A DNA stretch of 63,946 bases, filler included, from Octopus bimaculoides (lineage: Eukaryota), in assembly GCF_001194135.2 (NCBI RefSeq). It is 5 parts of 5 records of this genome, joined end to end, with 100 filler letters (N's around TTAATTAATTAA, not from the genome) between each part and the next. Parts side by side here need not be neighbours in the genome. Positions count along the whole stretch, not along the records: positions 46,103 to 56,044 come from NC_068987.1; positions 56,145 to 62,837 come from NC_068996.1; 3 more parts are not named here. One strand, written 5' to 3'. Below are positions 48,528 through 62,039 of the stretch, piece after piece. The notes under the pieces were generated by a model. The model saw only the letters and a program-made list of their open reading frames with translations, was not told the DNA's origin and ran no database searches. Numbering within the stretch: the stretch's first letter is position 1; each line of letters opens with the position of its first letter. Made by a program: the position numbers and the translations under genes.

Positions 48528-48565
<38 letters not shown>

Positions 48566-49039
48566 GTGTGTGTGTGTGTGTGTGTGCCTGTCCTCATCTT
48601 AACATTGCTTGATTACTGTAAATGAATGTCATTCATTTCTGAACTCCAAAAACATGTCTGGCCATGGGAAAATATTACCTCACTTGGAAAAAGGAAGGAC
48701 ATCTGGCTGAAGAAAATCTGCCTCAATAAATTCCATCTGACCCATGCGAGCATGTAAAAATGGACATCAAAAGATGATGATGATGATGATGATGATTGTA
48801 TTGAAAGTACTCCATGTAGTATGTGTGCTGTGTCTAGTAGCGATTTTCCCTATTGTTATAAGGGACTCTTTCTATTTTCAAGCCCCGCCTGCTGGTTATC
48901 TCTATTTTCAGATCATTTTGGGATTGGCATTTTAATAAGGGGGCACTTCCTTTCTTGGTAGCCCTTGACATGATTACTACTACTACTGCTGCAGCTGCTA
49001 CTACTTCTACTACTACTACTACTACTACTATCATTATTG

Positions 49040-49657
49040 GATTAGTGGATTCTTTAGGTTGTGAGGGAAAATGCTTAATGATATTTGTCCCAACTTTTTA
49101 TGTTCTGAGTTCAGATCTCTCTGACATCAATTTTGCCTTTCATCCCTTTGGCATCAATAAAATAAAGTACCAGTTCTGTAAGGGGAGGTCCTGTCAAAAT
49201 TGCTGGCCTTGTGCCTAAATCAGAAGCCATTATTATTATTATTAAGGTGGTGAGCTGGCAGAATTGTGTTATAGGCATAATGCTTTGTGGTAATTGTTCC
49301 AACATTTTATGTCCTCAATTCAAATCCCCATAAGATCATCTTTGCCTTTCACCCTCTTGGGATTGATAAAATAAGTACCGGTTGTGTACTTGGGTTGATA
49401 TAATCGAATGGAGCCTCCCATTTCTTATTTCTTTATTGCCCACAAGGGGCTAAACATAGAGTGGACAAACAAGGACAGACAAAGGGATTAAGTCGATTAC
49501 ATCATCCCCAGTGCGTAACTGGTACTTAATTTATCGACCTCGAAAGGATGAAAAGCAAAGTCAACCTCGGTGGAATTTGAACTCAGAACGTAACGGCAGA
49601 CAAAATACCGCTAAGCATTTCGCCCAGCGTGCTAACGTTCCTGCCAGCTCGCTGCCT
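49040..49657. mobile_element. Three SINE family A copies (two +, one - at 49425-49657)
   Basis: Core and B-box motifs. The minus copy is near full length with the 'gggcaataaagaaat' tail. Confidence 0.85.
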
Positions 49658-50189
49658 TTTGGAACCAATATTATTATCATAATAATAGGTATGTATGAGC
49701 AACCTCCTCCAGCACCCTTGTGCCTGTGTTTTGCAGTGTAATAAAGTAAATCAGGACAAATTATATTTAGCCAACCGAACATGTTAACAAGACTTTGACA
49801 GAACTGGCTTAACGAAATAATAGATTAATGCTTTTCTCAGATAAGCAGAAGACCACATAGTTCAGGGAGGATTTTTAGTAAATCAGGAATATATCTCAAG
49901 TGCAAACACTTGATGTTTTATAACCATAATCGTAAGAGTTCCAGGGGATTGTCTTGACTAGAAAGCTAGGCAAACAGTTAAGATTGTTCAGGTTTATCAC
50001 ATGTTTGGTTGGTTGGTTGGCTGTTTAGTCCCACATCTGCTCTTATCTAGAAGGCCTATATTCAAAGGAATTCTAACCATGACCATCATGTCCTATTTTT
50101 ATTTTCTATAGAATTAGAATATCTATGACTACATTATGCACCTTGCTCATTTTTTCTTTATTTTCCAAAATAGGGTAAAGGGTAAAGAT

Positions 50190-50505
50190 CCCCTTCAGTC
50201 ATGAATGAATGTGGGATTGTACCTAGAAAGTCCCCCTTCGAGATACAAGTCTGGGCAAGGTTATGGAAGACCAGCAGTCACTGATGCATACCAGCCTCTC
50301 CTCTCCCTACCAATAATGTTATCCGAGGGAAAGGCAAAGGCCAATACAGCTTAGCACCAGTGTACAGCTTATTTCTACAGCTGAGTGCACTGGAGCAATG
50401 TGAAATAAAGTGTCTTGCTCAAGAACACAACACACAGCCCAGTCCGGAAATCAAACTTACCACCTCATGATTGTGAGCCTGACAGTCTAACCACTGAGCC
50501 ATCTA
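50190..50505 (-). mobile_element. tRNA-headed SINE family D variant with (TTTACC)n tail
   Basis: Reverse strand 'atggctcagtggttagactg...gtgttcttgagcaagacactttatttcacattgctccagtgcactcagctg'. Confidence 0.75.
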
Positions 50506-50849
50506 CTATCTTTCTCAAGATAGTAGATTGTGATTTGAGGGAGCAGCTTTATTTCTAGCAAGTCAAAAGACCACATAAAGACTCCCTCATTGGTTCACAT
50601 GTAAACAAATCAATGAACTCGTGTGGTAGTAAAGCAGAATTTCTGTTCCTACATATTCCATCTTTCCAGTATTTATTCCAGTTTCTTGTTTTCTGAGTTC
50701 AATTCTCACCTGTGGTTTTGAGCAGAATATTTGCTGTGGCCCATCTTTTTAAACCAAGACAAAACAATGTACATGATAACACTTCCAATCAGTTAAGATC
50801 AGAAACCATGAGAGCCACTGCCTAGTACCCATCATCAGGACATTTATTG

Positions 50850-50893
<44 letters not shown>

Positions 50894-51432
50894 GTTATTA
50901 TTATTATTATTATTTTATGTTTGACTTTTGTTTTGCATTTGTACAAGTTGGATCCAAGTCTCACCCAGAGACCTCAAGAGACAACAAGTTAGAAGTTCAT
51001 CTAGGTGTTATGCCTAGGGTACCATATATTTGGATTTGTACATAGTGTTGTTCTAGAGAATGTTTAAGAAACCATAAGAAAATTATGTGTTTGTTTTAAA
51101 ATTTGAGATCACATAGACAGTATTTTACGTAGGATATGGGCAGTTCCCATGAGCACTATCTTTTGAACTTCAGCCATTTTGGAGTTTCCTGGTATCTAAG
51201 CTAGGTAGTAATCAGCCCGTTTCGCTGCCATTCCCAGGGCACCTATGACAATAGGTATTGTTTTAGTCTTCAGGTTCCACATTTTGCTAATTTCTATTTC
51301 AAGATCTTTATATTTGCTCAGTTTTTGGTAGGTCTTGACAGATACGTTTATATCGATTGGGACAGTCATATCAATGAGGAGGCATGATTTTTGTCTGAAG
51401 TCTTTCAGTATGATGTCTGGCCTATTTGCATT
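50850..51432 (-). mobile_element. 5'-truncated R4/Dong-like element (RLE domain) with (AAT)n tail
   Basis: ORF 51196-51435 'NANRPDIILKDFRQKSCLLIDMTVPIDINVSVKTYQKLSKYKDLEIEISKMWNLKTKTIPIVIGALG' is a PD-(D/E)xK RLE. It is followed by 'EVQKIVLMGTAHILRKILS', a 3' UTR and the tail. Confidence 0.92.
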
Positions 51433-52837
51433 CAAGCTTTACGTTCTAAGTTCAATTTCAACGAAGGTCAACTTTGCCGTTCATCCTTTCAGGGGTTCCA
51501 TTTAAGCACTGGGATCAATGTAATTGACTAACCCAGTCCCACTAAAATTTCAGGCCTTGTACCCATAGTAGGAAGGATCATTAATTAACTAGTTAACCAT
51601 TTAACTAACTGGCAAACAGTCAGCTAGGTTCATCAGAGTCCTTTTGTCGCCATTATTGGCATAACGACCCTCCCAAGATACAACAAAATCTGTTTCTATG
51701 CACAATTTGACATCAGAAACTTGTAAACGCCGTGACCTTAGCATTTTGCTCTTGAAGCAAATTCTCTGACTTTCACAAGCGCTTAACGTTACCTTTTATC
51801 CTTCCTGGAATCAATAAAATAAGAACCAGCTATAGGGATCAGTTCAATTGATTTATATATACTATATAATTTGATTCCATAACAACTGGTTTTGTGTGAA
51901 AGCAATAAATCATTATTTTGCTTCATAAGTTTATATTGACTCCTGGCGCACAAATGTATGCAAAGGTTAAAGCAGCTATTTTGAGAAGTCCTGGTTGAAA
52001 TAACTCTCTGTCTCTCTCTCTCTCTATCTGCACGTGTGTGTGTGTCTGTGTGTGTTGTGTGCTTATTGTTTCTCATTTTAGAGTGAAAATTATTGGGGTT
52101 TTTTTACGTGTTTTTCCTCTATTTCCATAGTGATGTTTAATCAGTAAGAAAAAACAATAGGTTTGGCTGTTCCTGGCAAAAGCCTAACGCTACAACACAA
52201 CACAACATCATTTTACTTACAAGAAAAAAAAACAATACATCAAATGATATCACTCCAAGCTGTTACTTAAAAATGCGACCGGGAAGAACTATGGTTTATG
52301 AAATTAATACTACCTGGTTCCAACACGTGTTGCCTGTCGCAGTCAGGGTTAGGGAAAAGAAAGCATCTGTTTCCTTTACTGGCATCATGTTTGTAAAAAA
52401 ACTACTTCCTAAAGTGGGAGGTACAACCCCTGGTGGGAGGGTAGAAAATTATATATGGGTGCTTGTGAAAAAAGAGGTAAGTAGCCAGGGAGTGGGGAAT
52501 AAATATAACTTTCATCTTAAATCTTTTACACGTTTCAGTTTCAGTCGTTAGACTGTGGCCATGCTGGGGCACTACCTTGAAAGATTTAATTTAGTGGTTC
52601 TCAACAGTTTTTTTTTTTTTTTACCTATGGACCCCCTTTGATTACTATTTTGTTCTGGTGGGCCCACATAGCCATATAGTGTTTAAAAACTAGTTTTATA
52701 ATTTTTTTTTCAAAATTCCTATTTTGTTTTTCATACATTCACTTGTATATGTTTGCAATAGCACTCTCTGAGAGAACATGTTTCAGTGACCAGAAACATG
52801 TTAAACTATGTAAAACATTAGAGAAAGAAATAAATAC

Positions 52838-53345
52838 ATGAGGTTGTGTGGTAAGAAGCTTGCTTCACTACCACATGGTTCTGGGTTCAGTTCCACTGTG
52901 TNNNNNNNNNNNNNNNNNNNNNNNNNNNNNNNNNNNNNNNNNNNNNNNNNNNNNNNNNNNNNNNNNNNNNNNNNNNNNNNNNNNNNNNNNNNNNNNNNNN
53001 NNNNNNNNNNNNNNNNNNNNNNNNNNNNNNNNNNNNNNNNNNNNNNNNNNNNNNNNNNNNNNNNNNNNNNNNNNNNNNNNNNNNNNNNNNNNNNNNNNNN
53101 NNNNNNNNNNNNNNNATATATATGTATGTGTGTGTATATGTTTGTGTGTCTGTGTTTGTTCCCCTAACATCACTTGACAACCGATGCTGGTGTGTTTACA
53201 TCCCCATAACTTAGCGGTTCGGCAAAAGAGACTGATAAAATAAATACTAGGCTTACAAAGAATAAGTCCTGGGGCCGATTTGCTTAACTAAAGGTGGTGC
53301 TCCAGCATGGCTGCAGTCAAATGACTGAAACAAGTAAAAGAGTAA
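52838..53345 (+). mobile_element. SINE family B spanning an N gap
   Basis: Head before the gap, body and tail after it. Confidence 0.85.
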
Positions 53346-53745
53346 GTGTAGGCTGGCTAGGTGGTAGAGAAGCTCACATTGCAATCACGTAGTTTCAAAT
53401 TCAGTCCCACCACACAGCACCTTTGTCAAGTGACTTCTACTAAAGCTCTCAAATCCATACTATACCTTGTGAGTGAATTTAGTAGACAGAAATTGTGTGG
53501 AAGCCTACAGTGCGCCCGTGTGTGTGTGTGAGATGCTTGTGTTTGACCCCTTCCCCCCACCATCACCACTTGACGACCAATGTTGATTTGTTCACATCCC
53601 CATAACTTAGCAGTTTGGTATAAGAGACTGATTCATAAACAACAGACTTAAAAAATAAGTACCGGGGGTTAATTTGTTTGATCAAATCCCTCAATGCAGT
53701 GCTCCAGCATGGCCACAGTTCTAAGACCGAAACAAATAAAAGGTA
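53346..53745 (+). mobile_element. Diverged SINE family B-like copy
   Basis: 'cacctttgtcaagtgacttctacta...gctccagcatggccacag...gaaacaaataaaag'. Confidence 0.7.
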
Positions 53746-53887
53746 AAAGGTAAGAGTGTGTCCTATGATTTTTAGAACAGCAGGATATGATTTGAGGGTA
53801 ATTTACTTGATATTTCTAGCAAGTTGAAGACCACATATAAGCTCTTTATGGTATGATAATGTTTTTATTCTTGCCTACCCCAAGTCA

Positions 53888-54183
53888 GTGGAGACGCAAT
53901 GGCCTAGTGGTTAGGGCAGCAGACTCGCGATCATAGGATCGCGGTTTCGATTCCCAGACCGGGCGTTGTGAGTGTTTATTGAACGAAAGCACCTAAAGCT
54001 CCACGAGGCTCCGGCAGGGGATGGTGGTGAACCCTGCTGTACTCTTTCACCACAACTTTCTCTCACTCTTACTTCCTGTTTCTGTTGTGCCTGTAATTCA
54101 AAGGGGCCAACCTTGTCACACTGTGTCACGCTGAATATCCCCGAGAACTACGTTTAGGGTACACGTGTCTGTGGTGTGCACTT
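53888..54183 (+). mobile_element. tRNA-headed SINE family C
   Basis: A-box TGGCCTAGTGG, B-box-like GGTTTCGATTCC; matches 23510. Confidence 0.82.
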
Positions 54184-54231
54184 GGTAATCAAAATATCTT
54201 AACCGTACCCAAAACACAAATATTATATATT

Positions 54232-54457
54232 TATTTCTTTACTGCCCAAAGGGGGCTAAACATAGAGGAGACAGACAAGGGGATTAAGTTGATTACATCG
54301 ACCCCAGTGTGTAACTGGTACTTATTTAATTGACCCCCCAAAAGGATGAAAGGCAAAGTCAACCTCGGCAGAGTTTGAACTCAGAATGTAACGGCAGACA
54401 AAATATTGCTAAGCATTTCACACAGTGTGCTAACGATTCTACCAGCTCGCTGCCTTA
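54232..54457 (-). mobile_element. SINE family A, near full length
   Basis: Tail through head in reverse. Confidence 0.87.
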
Positions 54458-54739
54458 CAAATATCATATATTTCAAAGTACTGAATCCGATTCTCATTCA
54501 CTTTCTCAATTCATGAATAATATTGCCAATCAAAATATTGCTGTCTCTATAAATTCTTGAACCAAGAATTTCTGACGACTTCTCTTAATCTGTCTGTAGC
54601 CATGATTGTGTCACAGAAGCCGGATGTCCTCATCAGTTTCTGAGAAATAACATCAACCTAAAACAGCTGCTAACTCTTGACAAAGTGAAAATACAAGCTT
54701 ACACTAAAGTACTTTTGGTACTCGTATACACTCACTGTA

Positions 54740-55470
54740 ACACACACACAACTCTTTCTCTCCTTCTCCCCCTTTCTCACCTACATCCCCTCTTACTTTC
54801 TCACATTCTTTGTCTCTCCCCCCTCTCTCTCTCTCTCTTGCTTACCAATTCTTTCTCTCTGTTATTCCAACTATCTTTCTGTAGCTTTCACATGCTCCGC
54901 CATCCTTCACTCTTTCTGTCCCAGTCTCTCTCTCCCCCTCTCTCTCTCTCATTCACTCTCACTCACACACACAATCTCATTACATGCAGAAACAATTTTT
55001 TACAGCCACACACATATTCTGTTACATTCATATTTGTACGTACATACACACTATCACATTCTTGCCCCTTCATACATGCACTCACACACACACACAAACA
55101 CACACGCACATTTTCTCTCTCACATAACTCTCTCTCACACACACACTCTCTCTCTCTCTCACACACACACTCCCTCTCTTTCACACATGCACTCTGTCTC
55201 TCTTATACACATACAGTCTCTCACTAACCCCCCCCCCCCCACACACACACACTCTTTCTCTCTCACACACTCTTTCTCTCTCACACACTCTCTCTCTGTC
55301 ACATACAGAGCCTGTCTCACATACACATACACACACAGTCTCTCTCACACACACTCACACACACACACTCTTTCGCTCAAAGACACATCGTCTCTCTTAT
55401 ACACTAACGGTCTCTCACTCTCACACTCACACACACACACACACCCTCTCTCTCTCTTACACACTCAGAC
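54740..55470. repeat. Complex (CT)/(CA) low-complexity tract
   Basis: Direct reading. Confidence 0.9.
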
Positions 55471-55859
55471 ATGTTCATACAGACATTTATTCAGTGTACG
55501 CAAGGTCTGCAATGAAATACTAGTGTGGTATTTGGCTATTTTGTTAAATCTAATCATGTTCCAGTTGTTGCTTGTCTCCTTGGCACATGAGGAATTTCAG
55601 TGTCGTAGCTGTAGCACAAGGCTAACCCAGTAGGCTCAGTCTGTGCTTTGCTTTTGATTCTTGTCTCAACAGATATATAGTCATATCTTTAGAGCAACAC
55701 CTAAATATCACACAATCTTATACCTGTCTTTCCAGCAAAAAAAAAGAAAGCAAAACAAAATTTGTGTGTGTGTGTATGTGTATCAATAGCTATCTATCTA
55801 TATCTAGCTGTCTGTCTATATCTGTCTGTCTGTCTATCAACATCATCATCATCATCCTT

Positions 55860-56025
55860 ATCGTTTAACGTCCGCTTTCCATGCTAGCATGGGTTGGACG
55901 ATTTGACTGAGGACTGGTGAAACCGGATGGCAACACCAGGCTCCAATCTAATTTGGCAGAGTTTCTACAGCTGGATGCCCTTCCTAACGCCAACCACTCA
56001 GAGAGTGTAGTGGGTGCTTTTACGT
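55860..56025 (-). mobile_element. Repeat family E, antisense
   Basis: Nearly identical to 46136-46295. Confidence 0.87.
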
Positions 56026-56144
56026 ATACATATATATATATATANNNNNNNNNNNNNNNNNNNNNNNNNNNNNNNNNNNNNNNNNNNNTTAATTAATTAA
56101 NNNNNNNNNNNNNNNNNNNNNNNNNNNNNNNNNNNNNNNNNNNN

Positions 56145-56316
56145 TGACAACCGATGCTGGTGCGTTTACGTCCCCGTAACTTAGCGGTTCGGCAAAAGAG
56201 ACCGATAGAATAAGTACTAGGCTTACAAAAGAATAAGTCCTGGGGTCGATTTTCTCGACTAAAGGCGGTGCTCCAGCATGGCCGCAGTCACATGACTGAA
56301 ACAAGTAAAAGAGTAA
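56145..56316 (+). mobile_element. SINE family B, 3' half
   Basis: Matches 3955-4135. Confidence 0.88.
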
Positions 56317-56944
56317 TATATATTATATATATGCATATATACATATGTATATGTACATACTTACATCTATACGTACATATATAAGCATATGTGGGCACAG
56401 GACGTCATGAAACGTGTACAACAAAAATGTACGAAGCACGAATACATGGAACATGAACTATTCTTTCGAACAACGAAAGACACAAATGGAAAACAAAACA
56501 AACAACATAAAGAACGACCCTTGATCAGCTGTTGGCTGTTTTTCTAGTCTCGTATATATATATATTTATATATATTTGCAAACCACTTGCAGATCAGATT
56601 ACAAACGTTACCAGTTGCAGACTTATGGAGTCATCAGGAAGGATTGCACGCCCTCGACGACATTGCGTGTCAGTCCTTCACTGCGATGGTTCACCGATTG
56701 CTTAATCAACTGGCTAGGTTTCACTCAATATTCTTCTAGTCATTGCTCATCGTCTCTTTTTGACAAAATCCAGTGGTATACATACATATATACATACATA
56801 TGTATATACATGTATACATACATATATATGTATAATTAATAATATCAGGATAAGAAAAATTTTAGAAATTTTTACTACCAATAGCCTAGCGAGTAGAAAA
56901 ATTAGTCAATACACTATATATTGTTCATATAAATACAGTGAATA

Positions 56945-57380
56945 TTTAAACCCATAAGAGGTAACCATCTTAGTATACTTGGCACGCTAGAAGGAATAGC
57001 TAAAATCCAAACCACTATTAGGGATGAACTTCGAAGGGAATGAAAAATAAAAATATTTACCATCTATCTCTTGGACCATGGTTTCTGACTTTTTTAGCAA
57101 ATAAAATAATTTGCTAGGCGGAGTCTTCATCAACAGGTACGCCTAGATTAAACGTATTTATATGTTTAATCTAGGCGTACCTGTTGATGAAGACTTCGCC
57201 TAGCAAATCATTTTATTTGCTAATAAAATGTCAGAAACCATAGTCCAAGAGACAGATGGTAAATGTTTTTATTTTTATTTTTCATTCCCTTCAAAATTTA
57301 TCCCTAATAGTGGTTTGGATTTTGGCTATTCCTTCTAGCGTGCCAAGTATCCCATAATGGATACCTCTTATGTGTTTAAA
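56945..57380. mobile_element. Fold-back (palindromic) MITE-like element, ~210-bp arms, ~10-nt loop
   Basis: 'tttaaacccataagaggta...ggtacgcctagattaaac|gtatttatat|gtttaatctaggcgtacc...tacctcttatgtgtttaaa'. Confidence 0.85.
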
Positions 57381-57580
57381 TGTACACTGAATTTATATGT
57401 ATACATATGTATGTATGTATATATATGTGTATGTATATATATATATGTATATATATGTGTATATATATATATATGTATGTATACATATATATGTATACAT
57501 ATATGTATATGTATGTATATATAAATATGTGTGTATTAGAGAGAATGAAGACAAAGAGAAAGTGAGAGAGAGAGGGAGTG

Positions 57581-57619
<39 letters not shown>

Positions 57620-58260
57620 NNNNNNNNNNNNNNNNNNNNNNNNNNNNNNNNNNNNNNNNNNNNNNNNNNNNNNNNNNNNNNNNNNNNNNNNNNNNNNNNN
57701 NNNNNNNNNNNNNNNNNNNNNNNNNNNNNNNNNNNNNNNNNNNNNNNNNNNNNNNNNNNNNNNNNNNNNNNNNNNNNNNNNNNNNNNNNNNNNNNNNNNN
57801 NNNNNNNNNNNNNNNNNNNNNNNNNNNNNNNNNNNNNNNNNNNNNNNNNNNNNNNNNNNNNNNNNNNNNNNNNNNNNNNNNNNNNNNNNNNNNNNNNNNN
57901 NNNNNNNNNNNNNNNNNNNNNNNNNNNNNNNNNNNNNNNNNNNNNNNNNNNNNNNNNNNNNNNNNNNNNNNNNNNNNNNNNNNNNNNNNNNNNNNNNNNN
58001 NNNNNNNNNNNNNNNNNNNNNNNNNNNNNNNNNNNNNNNNNNNNNNNNNNNNNNNNNNNNNNNNNNNNNNNNNNNNNNNNNNNNNNNNNNNNNNNNNNNN
58101 NNNNNNNNNNNNNNNNNNNNNNNNNNNNNNNNNNNNNNNNNNNNNNNNNNNNNNNNNNNNNNNNNNNNNNNNNNNNNNNNNNNNNNNNNNNNNNNNNNNN
58201 NNNNNNNNNNNNNNNNNNNNNNNNNNNNNNNNNNNNNNNNNNNNNNNNNNNNNNNNNNNN

Positions 58261-58319
<59 letters not shown>

Positions 58320-58934
58320 GTTATTTTTTCTCCGATATTTTTTTTTCATATTTTTTAAGTTTAATTGTACTGCACAATAAATAAATGACAAAATCATTGA
58401 TGCTTTTAAAAGTTTAATTGGTTACAAGCACGCACAAAATGTATAACAAAAAAAAATTAAAATAAAATAAAATAAATAAATAAACGAAATCCTTGATGTA
58501 CTGTCTCATGTATGCATGCAAAAATTGTGCATATTCGAATAAATGTATAGAGTATACGATAGGCAAACACACCTCCATACACACAGGCTGTTACGCATAC
58601 ACACATTATACATATATGCATACATATATACATGCATACATACATACATACATACATACGTACATCTTCTTTTTTTGTTTCTTTTGAAAGGTTCATACTA
58701 CAAATCCATGTGTTGGAGCATGTATTTTGGGTGGGTCATTTTGCCAAAAAGAAACACCCACACACACTGATTATATTTCAGTCCATTATTGTTGTTGTTG
58801 TTGTTGTTGTTGTTATTGTTGTTACTGCTGCTGCTGCTGTTGCTGTTGTTGTTGTTGCTACTGCTATTATTTTTATTACTACTATTATTATTATTGTTGC
58901 TGTTACTATTATTAATATTATTTGATGAAAAGTC

Positions 58935-59070
58935 TGAGCTTATTTTGCTGTGTATGACGGAAAGTGTCAGCTATCCACAGCCAGCAGACTAAGGAGACAC
59001 TTGTTCGCTGGTCATTGTCTCCGACGTGCCTCATTACTTCAAGTCTGTCCCGAGGCAGTCATAGATGAGG
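58935..59070 (+). mobile_element. Possible small RTE LINE fragment
   Basis: 'SRLRRHLFAGHCLR' resembles the RTE 'RRL.FAGHC.R' motif; short. Confidence 0.45.
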
Positions 59071-59427
59071 GGCTGGAAATGGTAACGGATTGATTGATTG
59101 AAAAACTTATCACTCAGTTGATTTGGTTAAGAAATATAAAAAATAATAAAATGTGTAAAAGAACCAATACTTTTTTTATCATATTGGCAAAATGACTCCG
59201 CCTCTTTATGTAAGAGTGTGTGTATATTGTGTATATGTATGTATGTGTGTGTATGTATGTATGTATGTATGTACTCTACACATTCGCATACAAATAACCA
59301 TGACCGACAAACCGATACACACATAGATAACATACATATATGCATGTAAGCATACATACATACATGCATACATGTATATATATATATATACGTACGTATA
59401 TAGACAAATGCGAATTCATATTACACG

Positions 59428-59461
<34 letters not shown>

Positions 59462-60027
59462 NNNNNNNNNNNNNNNNNNNNNNNNNNNNNNNNNNNNNNN
59501 NNNNNNNNNNNNNNNNNNNNNNNNNNNNNNNNNNNNNNNNNNNNNNNNNNNNNNNNNNNNNNNNNNNNNNNNNNNNNNNNNNNNNNNNNNNNNNNNNNNN
59601 NNNNNNNNNNNNNNNNNNNNNNNNNNNNNNNNNNNNNNNNNNNNNNNNNNNNNNNNNNNNNNNNNNNNNNNNNNNNNNNNNNNNNNNNNNNNNNNNNNNN
59701 NNNNNNNNNNNNNNNNNNNNNNNNNNNNNNNNNNNNNNNNNNNNNNNNNNNNNNNNNNNNNNNNNNNNNNNNNNNNNNNNNNNNNNNNNNNNNNNNNNNN
59801 NNNNNNNNNNNNNNNNNNNNNNNNNNNNNNNNNNNNNNNNNNNNNNNNNNNNNNNNNNNNNNNNNNNNNNNNNNNNNNNNNNNNNNNNNNNNNNNNNNNN
59901 NNNNNNNNNNNNNNNNNNNNNNNNNNNNNNNNNNNNNNNNNNNNNNNNNNNNNNNNNNNNNNNNNNNNNNNNNNNNNNNNNNNNNNNNNNNNNNNNNNNN
60001 NNNNNNNNNNNNNNNNNNNNNNNNNNT

Positions 60028-60219
60028 CCTGGCTTTAAGGGAATTGCGAAAAGCCTGGTTAGAGGCCCAACCTTCCAAGTTCTTATACAGGTCTTAGAAA
60101 AATTGGAGGACTTGTGTGTGTAAGTCCGAGAGGGGAATGTGTTGCATAAAATTATAATTAACTGATCCTTCTGCATTTTCTTTTACCCAAAACCAGGAAC
60201 TTTCCAGCACTCTCTCGTA
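60028..60219. mobile_element. Mariner-type MITE (left end in gap)
   Basis: Right TIR 'ccaggaactttccagcactctctcg|ta'. Confidence 0.75.
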
Positions 60220-60223
60220 TGTG

Positions 60224-60262
<39 letters not shown>

Positions 60263-60279
60263 GCACATGCACAAACACA

Positions 60280-60426
60280 TACGGAGTGCTGAAAAGTTCC
60301 TGGTTTTAAAGGGTATCACGAAAGGCTTGGTTAGAGGCAACCTTATGTTGAATAAAATCACAACTAACTGATACTTCAGTATTTTCATCTTCCCCAAAAC
60401 CAGAAACTTTTCAGCACTCCATCGTA
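60280..60426. mobile_element. Mariner-type MITE, internally deleted, TA-flanked
   Basis: TA|cggagtgctgaaaagttcctgg ... ccagaaacttttcagcactccatcg|TA. Confidence 0.8.
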
Positions 60427-61224
60427 ATTACCAAACGGTAATTTTGATCAGTTCCACACAACAAAATGAAATAGAAATTCTTCGAAGTTAACATGTCATT
60501 AAAGAAAAGGACATTCTTATCGGCTGGGGACAAGAGGACAGTTGTAGGCACGTGTTTCTGGCCCAGTTGCCTTCATCAGTACGATATTCCTCTTAATTTA
60601 TCTCCAACAGTCAAAGGACTCAAACCTATCGCGTGTGCGATTTGGATAATTTAAGTAAAAATGAGTTAAAAGAAATAACTCGAATTGGAATATATACGAA
60701 AGGTTTCTTTTAGCTACCCTCAACCAAATCCGTTCACAAGGCTTTCATCAACCTGGGGATATAGAAGACACTTACTCGAGATGGACGCAGTAAGGCTGAA
60801 CCAGAAACCATGTCGTTGGGCAGCAAAACACACAAATACACACACGGGCGCGAATGTGTGCAAAGAAATTTTCATTGATTATTAAATTAAGTATTTCCGC
60901 ATTTTGAATTCAAATCCTGACAGTGTCAAATTTTGCTTTTATTCTCTCCTTGTGACCTGAGCAAGAGCTGGGGAACATAAAATGAAATCCCAATCAAATA
61001 CTCGATCGATTCAGTTACATTGACTGTATCCAAAGAAACGTGTGATGTGATGCCAATTTGTGCCGACATCCGAATATATAGAGATAAGATGCCCACGGCC
61101 TGTATAGGTCAACCTGTTTCTATACCAACTGCAACTGTTATATAAAAGTTATATATTTCAGCGACGCAACTTCGAAGAAAGACTAAAAAGAAGAGACACA
61201 AGAATTTCCGACAATATTACTTTT

Positions 61225-61850
61225 TTTTTATTTGTTTCAGTCATTTGAGTGCGGCCATGCTGGAGTACCGCCTTTAGTCGAGCAAATCGACCCCAGGACT
61301 TATTCTTTGTAAGCCTAGTACTTATTCTATCGGTCATTTTTGCCAAACCGCTAAGTTACGGGGACGTAAACACACCGGCATCGGTAGTCAAGCGATGTTG
61401 GGGGACAAACACAGACACACAAACATACACACACACATACATATATACATATATACGACGGGCTTCATTCAGTTTTCATCTACCAAATCCACTCACAAGG
61501 CTTTGGTCGGGCCGAGGCTATAGTAGAAGACACTTGATCAAGGTGCCACGCAGTGGGACTGAACCCAGAACCATGTCGTTCGTAAGCAAGCTACTTATTT
61601 TCTTATTGCCCACAAGGGGCTAAACATAGAGGGGACAAACAAGGACAGACACAAGGATTAAGTCGATTACATCGACCCCAGTACATAACTGGTACTTAAT
61701 TTATCGACCCCAAAGGATGAAAGGCAAAGTCAACCTCGGCGGAATTTGAACTCAGAGCGTAACGGTAGACGAAATACCGCTAAGCATTACGCCCGGCGTG
61801 CTAACGTTTCTGCCAGCTCGCCGCCACATAACCACACAACCACTCCTACG
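61225..61850 (-). mobile_element. SINE family B with a SINE family A copy (61596-61825) nested in its head
   Basis: The B sequence breaks at 'caagctactt' and resumes at 'accacacaaccactcctacgcc'. Confidence 0.88.
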
Positions 61851-62000
61851 CCTATATCATCAATATATTCATACAATTGTATGTTCCTATCTACTTGTCT
61901 TCTGCGTAAAGCTAAGATGAGTAAAATCGAGTGGGCATAAGGTAAGAGACAGGCATGCAGAAAGAGAGAGAAAGAGAGAGAGAGAAAGAGAGAGAGAGAA

Positions 62001-62039
<39 letters not shown>

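Noticed and set aside
56600-56640. Minus-strand CTGATGA...AACGTT
   Set aside because: The GAAA element is absent and stem II is only 3 bp; at best a very decayed motif.
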